Assembly (NCBI GenBank): GCA_000091205.1
Contig: AP006500.2
Strand: one strand, 5' to 3'
Length of the DNA: 64,000 nucleotides
Origin: Cyanidioschyzon merolae
Lineage: Eukaryota
Shown here: positions 12,640 through 23,676 of the stretch, piece by piece
Position numbering within the stretch: the first letter of the stretch is position 1
Layout: the number at the start of each line of letters is the position of its first letter
Program-made: the position numbers and the translations under genes
The notes under the pieces: generated by a model
What the model was told of the DNA's origin: nothing
The model's database searches: none
Seen by the model: only the letters and a program-made list of their open reading frames with translations

Positions 12640-13950
12640 ATGAATATGAGGTTTTACGAGCCTCTTATGCGACTGCGTCGCTCTCGCCTCTCGTGTCCTT
12701 GTCTTTGAATACGCGTATCTGTCCTTGACCTCCAGCTCTGTTGCCGGCAGTCGAAAGATCATGACAGCAGCGGTAAAGACTGGGTGACGTCGTTTCCAGC
12801 CGTCGTCGACGCATGTCATGCAAAGGCGCAAGTTGCGATCTACGCTTCGCTCGCTACCGTTAAATTCTTCGCTTTCAGCCTCTGTATGCCCGTCGTAGCA
12901 GTGAAACTCTGCTATGGGTCAGGTGTTCTCATATGAATGCCACGCGTCGTCGGTCTCCTTCAAGGGTCGCCCCCTTGCACGTGAACGCCTGCTTCAGCGC
13001 TCGGCACATGCGCGTGACGCGTGCGCGTGTATGTCCTCGATGCCTCTCTCCGTTTTCGAGCTCGTTGCAGCACCCTGTGATCACTGGCTTCCTCTAGTCG
13101 AATTAAGCAGCGAGTGTTCTGTTTGCTGGGTGGGGAAGCGTATGCCGCTCAATTCTACCAGGGATTTGTGAACAGCGTCGCGTTCCGCAAAGAAACAAAT
13201 ACCAGAAGAAAAATTCTTGCTCGAGAACATGTCGAAAAATCTTGATCTGTTTGCGATTGCTGCGTGCAAAAACGGCGACGCTCTCTCTTTTGAAACCGAT
13301 TGCTCGGATGACTTGAGTCCGAGTCCAAGGGCCTTTACCATGCAAGCAGAAGGGACCGGAGCCGCTGGGAGCAAAGCCGTGACCGGCATCATGCTAATAT
13401 GGAATGCGGTTTCTTTGGTGGCGGGAGGGAGTGGCGGCTTTGCTTTTCGAACGGAATCGATTCTTTGACGTGACAAGTTCCGTAAACTTTCGACATGAGC
13501 TTGAGAAAAAGTCGTCTAGAGACGACGTCGAGTATCTTCTTCGCTTTCTTTCCCGCGGCGCAACTTGCTGGGCCAATGAATTGCCTCGACGTCGAGAAAT
13601 CGAAAACTTGAAAACGCATGCTTTGAGCATACTAAACGGAATGAAAAGGGAATAGGATAGGCTTGTAAGGATGACCGGATGATGATATTGGTTACTTTAC
13701 GAACCATGGTTCCATTGCGTCGCGAATCACCTCGATAACGATGACATGATGAATTCTGGATGCCAAGATTCCGAAGCTTTACTCGGAAGCACAACCAAGA
13801 ATCCAGAAACGATATATGAATCCAAACGGCGTTATTTCTCCAGATTGAACCACATGGCTGCACAAAACTGCGAAAAAAATAGATATACGGGAACAATGCG
13901 TGTACTTTCGTGTTCCATTCATTTCTGATACGGGTGTAGAGGTATGCAGC
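12640..13950 (+). repeat. Dispersed intergenic repeat family, copy D (~1.3 kb, diverged)
   Basis: Nucleotide blocks shared with the other copies: gttgccggcagtcgaaagatcatg ~ gttgccagcagtcgaaggatgtttatgg (20560) ~ ccgtagtcgaaggatgttggtgg (55040); ctgcttcagcgctcggcacatgcgcg ~ gctgcatcgctcgatacatg; gatgacttgagtccgagtccaagg ~ gaggtgactcgaatccgagtccaagc; tttcgacatgagcttgagaaaaagtcg ~ ttttcgtcatgagcttctgaaacagtcg. The conserved blocks fall in different reading frames between copies, so conservation is at DNA level. Confidence 0.7.
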
Positions 13951-14068
13951 CTCGGAGACGCTCGACACGTATGCATATCGTCAAGCGTCGTGCGTGGGCA
14001 CTTACATTGAAAAGAATCTCCGTTGCTTCTGCATGTCAATGTACGGTCAGGTATGTCGAATCATGGAT

Positions 14069-14084
14069 CACCACCACCACCACC

Positions 14085-14132
<48 letters not shown>
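14069..14132. repeat. (CAC)~11(CAT)~10 compound microsatellite, longer allele of the tract at 1792-1843
   Basis: Direct read. Confidence 0.9.
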
Positions 14133-14461
14133 GTTCACCAATGGCCCAGGAAAATCATGCCCGGCATACGCATAGGCGGGATGGTAGCATTGCTGAATCG
14201 CCGACTCGTGCCATACCGGTGCCTTGCTCCAGGCGAGCGTTCAACGCACGCTCTCTTGCTCAATCATACTTTTTCGTCGCAAGTCTTCGGCATTTAAACA
14301 CAGTGCCCACACGGAGCACGAATCGATTCGCTTTAAACTTCGCTCGATACATATAGCCGATAGACGCCCCCCAGGCACGAGACTTTTCCGGGTGTTGATC
14401 GAGACGTTCATGGCTCGGAGCGGAGCCTGCGCCCGCACACATGAATTGCGATGGAATCACA

Positions 14462-15008
14462 CCAAAGTGAGCCTGCCAGCTTCATTTGCCTCGCAATATG
14501 ACGTCCGAGGTCCGCTCGCAGTATCCCATGACGGACATTCCAAAGTGAGCCTGCCAGCTTCATTTGCCTCGCAATATGACGTCCGAGGTCCGCTCGCAGT
14601 ATCCCATGACGGACATTCCAAAGTGAGCCTGCCAGCTTCATTTGCCTCGCAATATGACGTCCGAGGTCCGCTCGCAGTATCCCATGACGGACATTCCAAA
14701 GTGAGCCTGCCAGCTTCATTTGCCTCGCAATATGACGTCCGAGGTCCGCTCGCAGTATCCCATGACGGACATTCCAAAGTGAGCCTGCCAGCTTCATTTG
14801 CCTCGCAATATGACGTCCGAGGTCCGCTCGCAGTATCCCATGTCGGACATTCCAAAGTGAGCCTGCCAGCTTCAATTGCTACGCAATACGACGTCCGAGG
14901 TCCGCTCGCAGTATCCCATGTCGGACATTCCAAAGTAAGCCTGCCAGCTTCTATTGCCTCGCAATTTGACGTCCGAGGTCCGCTCGCAGTATCCCATGTC
15001 GGACATTC
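14462..15008. repeat. 78-bp tandem repeat array, 7 units (5 identical units plus 2 variant terminal units)
   Basis: Same 78-nt unit as 2173-3109. 547 bp = 7.0 units. The translated ORF 14224..15039 shows 5 identical 26-aa units followed by the IATQYD...V and IASQFD...V variant units that also terminate array I. Confidence 0.9.
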
Positions 15009-17944
15009 GGCCCTGTTTCCCAAGTGGCGCTCAACGTAGACGCAGCACGAGCATCCGCACTCGAGCTCCGTCTGCGTCGCCATCTAGTCCTCCACAGGAA
15101 ACGTGCAACATCGATTCCTGCACTCGCTGTACGCACAGGAGTCCAGCGTTTGCGTGCCACAGCACATCCAGCGCCACAGGCTTCCAGCAATCGACGCGAC
15201 CTGTTGGGTACTCCCTTTTCCAACTGGTCCAGGAGCTTTGCGAGTGCGCGCCCCTCGCCTCCGTCCAACCGAGTCCGTTGGTGGCCCCCCAGCGCCGTCT
15301 CACGGAATCCTGCCAAAGGCTGTGCGCATGCGCAGGTCAGACGCTCGTGCGCGCTCTGAGTTAAAGGTGGAAACCCATCCCACGCTGCTCGACACACTGC
15401 TCAGCACGTTCACTTTCAGGTCCTGACGAAGTCATTACGACTCGTACTTCGCCGTATGCCATCCAGGGTGATGCGCGGCTCCCGATCATACCAAGTGCTG
15501 GACGCGCTGGGCAGCTCCGTCTGCTTGCCATTCAGGTCTTGGGCGGCGCCGTCCGCCTCATTTGCATACACGGGGACGACAAGGGCGCTCTTCAACCTCG
15601 GATCCACGCTCCCAACAGCGACTTTCTCCTCGTCTGCCTTGAACAGTTGAAAATGAGCCTCGTTGGTGACCCAGGTCACGCTTTCACGACGCCCATGCGT
15701 ACTGGAGATCCGTCGGTATCCAAAGCCTCGCTACGCGCTGCACGCCATGCCTTCCATGGAGACTAGAAACATCTGAAGAAGCGCCGCCGACGCTTTTCGT
15801 GGACCTGTTCGAGTCCGTCATACTTGCGCGGAGACACCGGATCCTTCTTCGAATACTCCGGTACCTGGCGGAGCAGCACGGACAGCGACGCTTCACTCCG
15901 TATCCGTCTCTTCTTCGGGATCCAGATGCACTGGGTGGACGACGAGCGCCAAGCTCTCCCATACTGTACTTGTATGCACGCTATCCTCTGTGATGCTTTT
16001 CGTGACCTCATGGGTCACGAGCACGCCCACAGAGTGCAGCGTGCGTTTCCGTTCGCTCCCGCGCACGACCAGGGCGCAGCAGCACAGCAGCTCTCGACCC
16101 CTGTGCATAGAAGAGAGTAAAGTCGTGGATTCGTCACACAACGTTGTCTCGGAGGCGAACGACGCATCGACGGATCCGTGAGCGTCCACATGACCTTGGC
16201 GAGCAGACAAGTCGCCCTCGACTGGATGGAGTCGACGAGACCCAGCCCACACTAGGAGCCGTCCACGGCCGTGCGCAGCAGCGTGCGCCTTGGTCGCTTT
16301 TCAGTGGTGATTCGCGACGTCGTAGATTAACAGGACGGTAGAGTACCTGAAGAAGAAGAAGAAGAAGGAGACACAGCAGAAGCCAAGGAGAGTTTCATCG
16401 ACTCGTGAGGCAACAAACGAGCCGGGCTTTCTCGCGAGCTGCAGACCATCGCACCAAAACCCTCTCTGCTGCTAACGCCAACACCGTTCTCACTACGGAT
16501 GGTCTCCTGTTTATGACCAGAAGCTTGCCGCAATTTGAGCTCCCATATATACGCCAAGCATCGCTTCCAAAGAAAGCCCCATCGACTTCGATGAACACCA
16601 GTCCGCCCTGTGATGAGCATTCGCATTGCCGTTCGGAATCGAACGCGTGGTACTCCACTCGCGACAGTCTCCCAGACAGGCGTGCTTGCTTTTCGTCATC
16701 CATCCGCGTCTTTTCGTCCCAGTTCGTATCGACAGCACAGAAACATCACGCCGTTTGGATTTCTCTCGGTAGGACGTCTCAGGGCACGCAAGCTTAGAAA
16801 GCGACTGACGAGGCGACACTCGGGTAGAAAGTGCCGGAAAATTTCCGTTTTCGCTCGACAACGTTCATGATATCGGTGAGGATTCGGTTGGTTCACCCAT
16901 GTGCTGACCGTGGAATGACTGACTTGTACATGTATGAGCTTTTCTTGCGAGCTCGTCCTGGCAGCATCAAGTCTCTCTGCGCCCGTTCTCCAATATCCAG
17001 CGTACACTCCGTCGGATGAAGACCTGCGACATCGATAAACGAAAACACCAGCGTGCTTGCTGGTACAAGGCACCCATGAATTCATGAATCTAAGTCTCCG
17101 TAACGACACCAGCTGTGCACAGACATGCAACGACGGGTGCGCAGGGGGAAACCCCGCCTCGCGTAGTGGGCACTGGAAGCTCGCAAGCAGCGCGAGCCCC
17201 ACGTTGCTGTGCTTGTATCGCTTGCGTTGCTCGCAGGTTGTCGTTTATCTTACCAAAGTACGCTGTTTGCACAGCGTGACGCTGATCGCTTATGAGGCAG
17301 CGAGTGCAACATACCACGCACAGGAGAGCAGCGCGTAATGACTCGAAACGACATGATCTCGCGCGTGCGTTGCAAGGGCGTTAAAAACCCGTCGGTCAGC
17401 GCTTTCGAAACAAGGTCTTGGTACTGGCATGCCAGGGTCACTGGTCCTGTGCGCAGCAACCAAGGCATAGCAGTTGCAACTCTACGGGAATGCATCTTTC
17501 GTCTTGAATACCCGAGGATGCTCGCAGCTGGAGAACGTCAGGCATCAGCGCATCGTGTTTCGAGCATGTTTTCCTGGTGCAGAATAGATGCATCGGACGA
17601 AAGGCTTTGTGGAAGCTTATCGTTCTTCGCGTGTCCAGGAAGGACACCTCAACTTCTTGGCAAATACTTTGACGCGTCACACACCTTAAGGCGCCTAGCA
17701 ATACGCCACGCTCCATCGCCTGTGCAATGGCATTCGTGCAGTGACAACGCGCTGAACTGAGAGCGGCGCACCTCCAGGGGCCTGACCTCTCGACGGTTGC
17801 GTCCGAAAAGCGTCCGCTATCAACGTGTGCTGCGATGTCAATGCAGATATCGAGAAGGCTCTGGGCATATCCAAAAAGGAGACGCGCATTTGCTGGTGCT
17901 TTTCATTGTACCTAGTCGATGGAGTCAGAGTGCCCAGTCGCGCT

Positions 17945-19834
17945 CTACGAGAGGAACAGGGATTCGACGGGCTCCCAGTAGCCAGCTTCGCGTTCCCAGG
18001 CGAGCAGACGGTCCACCTCCTCGGCCGATAAGGTTACGCTCTGGTGCGCGCTTTGACGGACACCGGCCACTGTACGTTCGAGCAACTGACGGTAGGTGGC
18101 ACGGTCAGCGAAAAAGTTCACCGGCGGTGGTGCCTGCTGAAATTCCCGGTAGAAATCACGCAACGTGATGAGCGCCATTTCCAGCCACATCTCATCCCGC
18201 TCAACGACGAACAACCGCGCGCCCGCATCAGGTGTCCATGAAATGAAATGGGCTCGCCAGGTATCTGTGCAAAGCATTTGGAGCTGGACCTGGGCAAAAT
18301 GGTTCGCATAGATCAGCCGCTGCGGTGAAACCAAGCGGTAGCGATAGAGCGGACGATCTGTGGCTTCATCCGTTAGTCGCGGGCCGTCAGTCATGTCTCC
18401 TGTTGGGACAAACGGGCAGGGACATTTCACTTCGACGAGTTCGATATCGTGCGACAAGTCGCTCGAAGCAGCCAATGTGTTCGGTTGCGTATCCTGGGTC
18501 CGGGCCTCAGAATGAAGAGGACTGCGCCACCTAAGCAGCGCGTCTGGGCTCGCCGCGATCGTTGGTAACGCTGAAAATTCGTCCAAGTCATAGATGCCTG
18601 CACAGGAGGCCGGCTGCAGCATATGCAGCCCCGCTTCGACAAGCACCAGTTTCGCGAAAGAAGTATTCGTCGCTGTGGACGCCCCGGGAACAAGGCCACG
18701 GTCTGGAGCACCGTCCCCGGGAACAATCGAGTAATAGCAGGATGCTGCATCCGCAGTACGCGCGGATTCGAGGTAGCGCAGCACCGTCAACAGTCCATTC
18801 TGTTCGTGCATTTTCCCCCACTCCATCGAGATCATCGATGCTGGAGAAAAGGTCTCAGCATCGAGTCCCGGCTCGCGCCACTGGCGCCAGGCCTCCAGTG
18901 CAGCTTCACCTCCGCGTCGGAACTGCCATGCCGGCACACACTCCCGCAACCATTCGAGGGTTGCGGGTTCACCGAAACCAAGCGCTTTCCATGCGGACGA
19001 AGCATTCACTCGCATGTGCCGTCGTGCCTCTAGCCACAGCGCCGAGTCCTGTCGGATACGAGTTAGATCCTCTGGACGTTCGATCACGAGCGCCTCAACC
19101 GGGGGCAGCGCCTCGTAGCAGGGATGTCGCCGGAGTTGCTCTCTTGTGATTGCGCAATATGCTAGGTTCGGTTTCGTGCCAGTCGGATCAGGATGGGTCG
19201 TTACTGTGAGCTGGCGCTTCGATGGATGCCCTGGAGCTGGTGCGGACGGCTCGCGGGGCCTCTCATCGTTGACAGATGCCCGTGAGTGTTGTTCGCAATG
19301 ATCCGCAAACCTATCGAGCCGCTCGAGCAGAAGCTGCTTCTGGTTCATGCTGAACTCGAGGTAACGACCTATTGCTGTCCGGTACCGCCAGACAACGGTG
19401 AGAATTTGTTCGGAAAGCACACCTCCGCCGAGTACGGCACTTAGCAAGGCGTCCACCTGGGTTTGGAAGGCCTGGCCGGCGCGCTCGTTCCCCGCATCCA
19501 CAGCTAATCGCTCACATTCGCGACGAACAAGGGTTCGCAGTTTCCGGAAACTCTCCATCACAGGATGCACAGACTGCGGCACGGAAGATTTGATGTATCC
19601 GCCGGATTGTTGGTGGACACACCTGACTGCTCGCCGCTGCAGATAATAGTGGTTCCTACGCGGCTGCGGGAGCGCGGTAACGCAGCGCGATATCTTGTGC
19701 CGTGCAGCAAGACGTCGAGTGCTCGAGCGTTGATGGCACAGGTGCGGCCCAGCCGCGAAACCGCTTGCAGTCTCTAACATCAAGTCACGACCTCGCGGCG
19801 TTTCTCTGATAGAAAACACCTGCGGGTTCAACAC
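17945..19834 (-). CDS. Lambda-exonuclease/YqaJ-family (PD-(D/E)XK) nuclease-domain protein, 629 aa, with an uncharacterised basic/Ser-rich N-terminal ~250 aa
   Basis: C-terminal ~330 aa aligns motif-by-motif with phage lambda Exo/YqaJ from memory: [27 protein letters not shown] ~ [39 protein letters not shown] ~ [24 protein letters not shown]...[13 protein letters not shown] ~ ACSPDGLC...[24 protein letters not shown]...[11 protein letters not shown] ~ YMAQVQYSMWVT...HYVVIERDEKY. Confidence 0.8.
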   Translation of the reverse strand: [629 protein letters not shown]

Positions 19835-20439
19835 AGTCAGAACACGTCCACGGCGCCGCCGGTGTCAATCGCGAGAGCGTAGTTGATTCAAGACGCTTTT
19901 CAGGAGAAAAAAAGCTCACCAAAGTGCTCACGGAGCGTCTGCCGTCACACGCTCGGGTACTCACCAACGAGCGCACGTGTTCTGGTTTGGGAGGTTTCAG
20001 GTGCCCGAGGCAGCAAACACAGGCTCCCTTTGTCCCGTCTCGATGCGCCAGCAACAGTGACGTAGACCAGCGGTCGTCCCTGTTGGACCGATCTTCGTTT
20101 CAAACGATTCGTTTGGAGCACCGTCTCCTCCAAAAGCGCTTCGTATGCGCTTGCCAGCTGCAACGGTAGCGGCAGCGTCGGCCTCGTGTACGCAGGGCAC
20201 GGGACGGCCTTGGTCAAGCAGCTGGGCATGAAATTTGTCTAAACTGGATATACCTGGACTTGGCGGACGCGAGTAGAGGGTTGCGCTTTGGAGGTGGTGC
20301 TCAGTGCGATTCCGTTGGAAGCACGTACCAGTCTCGACGAGCTGGCGTATGGGAGCGTCTCTAGACTGGTATAAGAATGAAATAAAGGAGGCTCATGCAG
20401 GGAACTCGGGCGTATACGAATGAATTCTGGAACTGTTCC

Positions 20440-21600
20440 CACTGTTATTGGCACAAGCCTTTGCGGGCTCTCTCTCATGCTGCTTCCCGATCCTCGTTCT
20501 TGTTTGTCTCCGGATTTTACATACGCCGGCCTTTCTTGTCTCTTCAGGTCCGTTGCCAGCAGTCGAAGGATGTTTATGGCTGCCCCCGAGTCTCGGTTAC
20601 GTCGTTTTGCAGCTCTTACCGACGCATTTGGTGCACAGATGGAAGCTGTGATCTACGATTCGGTAACGATTTGCATCTTTCTTGTATACATCGGTAGCTC
20701 TCGATCCGCGACGTTTACACTTGAGTGTCATCAGGTGCTCCCATACGTCCATCACAAGACTTCGTCCGCTGAGCGCCGCCCTGTGACGCGTGAACGCTCG
20801 CTGCATCGCTCGATACATGCCGTTGACTGGCAAGAAACGAAAAAGCTTCCAACGATCCTGTGCTTCGGTTCCTGGCCCAGTGCTGCACTCGAAGACCAGG
20901 AGCTGTATCTGGGCGATACGCGCGGCGAGTACGCTGTCCGCTGCACTTGCAAGTGCATGCTATTCTAACGAATAGAGGATTTTAGGACCTTGTTGTTGCC
21001 TGTGATGAAACAGGTATCGGAGAGGGAATCGAGGCTCCGGAGTACGTCGAAAAGTATCGAACCGAATATGCTCGCTTCGTGCAAAGCGGAGATGCGCGCT
21101 CCATAGAGACAGATCGCTGTAATGACTCATGTCCATATCCAAGACCATTTCTTATAGAGCTAGGAGAGACGGGAACTCCTGCGCGCATATCCCGTCGAAG
21201 GCATGGTGATGGTGCATTCGCGACCGGCTTCGTCGATGACCTGCAGGAAATGAAGCTTCATCTTTAGACCGGAGACGATTATGCGACGTCGGCAGCTCCA
21301 CGAGGTTTTCGGCATGCGCTTGTAAACAAGTCGTCAAAGCTCGACGTCGACAATTTTTTGCGTCGTCAAGTGTGCGGTGCCAATGGATACGCCTCGAGTT
21401 GCCCGTGAACACAAGGATCCAACACTCGTAGAATGCGTGATTCGATTCTGGTACACGTAAGAAAAGGATTCAAGAACAGTGGCAGCTCGTTTCTATAACT
21501 TCGATGACGATATCGGTTATTTGACGAATCCGAGCTCGGGGATGTCGCGAATCATCCTGATGAAGATGACGTAAAAGCGTCCAGCGGCACAGCGTGAAAG
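20440..21600 (+). repeat. Dispersed intergenic repeat family, copy C (5' portion clear, 3' extent approximate)
   Basis: ggattttacatacgccggcctttcttgtctcttcaggtccgttgccagcagtcgaaggatg aligns with 55000-55050 (ggctttagatacgccggtctctgttttccctccagtttcgttgtccgtagtcgaaggatg). gctgcatcgctcgatacatgccgttgactgg aligns with 55290 gctgcatcgctcgatacatgtgtttgacggg. Weaker matches continue to about 21550 (gacgaatccgagctcgggg ~ gactcgaatccgagtccaag). Confidence 0.6.
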
Positions 21601-22818
21601 GCTCCTCTGCGAAAAGCCGACCGCGGATCCAAAAATTACGCGTGAATCCGGCAGCACTTGCACCTGCTTTTCGCATGTCGAGGCTGTACACGTAAAAAAG
21701 CTCGGGAAAATTGAAAGACCCGAATGGAGCCACAGCTTCAGTGTTCCATTTTCATCTGGTACGTTTCTGGGGCAGCGGAGACCCTGTTCCTCATTGGTGA
21801 CAGAGCTTGCCCATTTTATGAGTGCTGACTCAATGCACTGTTGCAGTACCATAAAACATAACCAACGCAACAGCTTTTCCACATGATTTTACTTGTTTTT
21901 GCATCAAGCCTCGACAAAGGCACGGCCGTAGACGGCAAATGTGTCTTCATCCGTTACGTGCATCAGTACGGCCTGCCATGAACCATAATCCGGATCGAGT
22001 TCAGCGACTCGACGCGAAAGCTACAAGATGGTGGACAGGTCTTGCACACCGCCGCAACGTGCAACTAGCGGAGGCGATAGTAGCGAAGACGCTCACCAGC
22101 GCTTCACCGGACAGCGGTCCAGTGCGACGTTGATGATAGTCTGAGATTCACCGCCATGTTAAGGGGCACACGTACACCCGCGCAGTTTCGTTTGGCGTTC
22201 TGCTCCAAACAGCGTCACGAAGCCCGGGAGGACGCAACGCGAGACCCAGCTACGACTGCGCTTGCCGGCGCTAGTGCCGGCGTTGCGGTGCACGAATCAT
22301 GCATTGCTCATCAACAAACTGGTCGCTGTCACGCTCCATGACGCTTTGAGGGCACCATGAAATCTTCAACAAAAGTTTTGAACAGGAGTCTGCGCTGCCG
22401 CACGTGCACCGAGCGCACGTTCGCAGTCACAGAACGTGCAACGGAACCGTTGACGGTGCTATGGCTCGCTTCGGTCATGCTTTCTATGCCGCCGAGACTC
22501 CCACGTCGATACCGATGCCGGACAACGACTGTGACCAGGGAGGATACTTTGCGAGACGCGAACTATCTTTACTGAGGACTGCATACAGCCTGAGTCATCA
22601 CGACTCATCGCCGGTAACGTCTACAGGCACGACTGGAACTGCAGCGCCCAGCCTAGAACCGCGCATCTCTGTCCGTCATGCTGTCGAGGGATGTCCCGAA
22701 TCCATCCTCTGGCATTCATCAAATTCCAGGTGCAGTCCATTGCCTAGTGGACCTGATGCATGAGCGGCTCATCGTCTAATGACGTTGGAGATGAACAGCT
22801 CGCATCGGCAATCGGTGC

Positions 22819-23676
22819 TTACCGGACGACTGGGCCAAGGGCACGCAGCTCTAGTCGCTGCCGCTCTGCCCAGAAGCATCCGCTATACAAATGCGGTTCT
22901 TGCTCCGCTTCGCGCGGTAGCAACGCGAGAAACACCGCTGTATCTGCGCCCTCTTCGACAGTCTTCACACCCCGATGAGATGTCATGTCGGTTTTCACGT
23001 AGCCAGGACACATGGCGTTCACGAGCACATGCGGATGTATCGAGCGTAGCCGCTGCGCTAGGATTACGGCGTACATGGTTTCCAGCATTTTGCTCACCGC
23101 ATACGTTTGACGCGGCCATCCGTGCTGCGCATAGGAGCCATCCCCCACAGAGCGCACAAAATCCTCGGCGAGAGCATCCAATTCCTCGACGGTGCGCGCT
23201 CCCAGAAGACGCTCTCGGAGCTCAGCATTCGTTATCTTGTCAAAATTGCCAGCCCTGGATGAAACGAACACAATGCGACCCCCATCAGGCTGAATGTAGG
23301 GCAAGAGAGCCTCAGTCACGAGCTTCGTTCCGTAGTAGTTGCACCCAACGGTTTCGCGGGCAACTTTCTCGTCAAATGCGTCTCCTTTGTAGGCCATACC
23401 AGCATTATTGACCAAAATATCGACGGGGCGCTTCAGGGACTTGACATAGTCGCGGAACTTGGTTACCGTGTCCGGCTGCAGCAAGTCTAGCGCATGCCAA
23501 AGCGCCGGGTGCTCGGTGCTACCCACCTCTTTACTAATTGAATCGGCAGCCTCTTTAGCTGCCTCAGGTGTGCGTGCCGTAACCAAGACCTGCAGGCCTT
23601 CCTCCTGAGCAAGGCGCTTGGCGATGGCCCGGCCAATACCTCGTGAGCTTCCAGTGATAATCGCTAAGCGAGTCAT
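22819..23676 (-). CDS. Short-chain dehydrogenase/reductase, carbonyl reductase (CBR1)-like, ~285 aa
   Basis: N-terminal Rossmann motif TGSSRGIGRAIA right after a Met (MTRLAIITG...), NNAG, catalytic YxxxK (YAVSKMLET), and the C-terminal CPGYVKTDM...EEGADTAVFLALLP pattern typical of carbonyl reductases. The ORF track extends to 23736 (MYRIKSRF...); the internal Met at 23676 gives the canonical SDR N-terminus. Confidence 0.88.
   Translation of the reverse strand: MTRLAIITGSSRGIGRAIAKRLAQEEGLQVLVTARTPEAAKEAADSISKEVGSTEHPALWHALDLLQPDTVTKFRDYVKSLKRPVDILVNNAGMAYKGDAFDEKVARETVGCNYYGTKLVTEALLPYIQPDGGRIVFVSSRAGNFDKITNAELRERLLGARTVEELDALAEDFVRSVGDGSYAQHGWPRQTYAVSKMLETMYAVILAQRLRSIHPHVLVNAMCPGYVKTDMTSHRGVKTVEEGADTAVFLALLPREAEQEPHLYSGCFWAERQRLELRALGPVVR

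Larger units (their letters stand above)
14025..17097 (+). repeat. Segmental duplication copy II (~3.1 kb), paralogous to 1750-5192, same orientation
   Basis: See copy I. Differences are confined to microsatellite length, 78-bp unit number (7 vs 12) and scattered substitutions. Confidence 0.85.
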
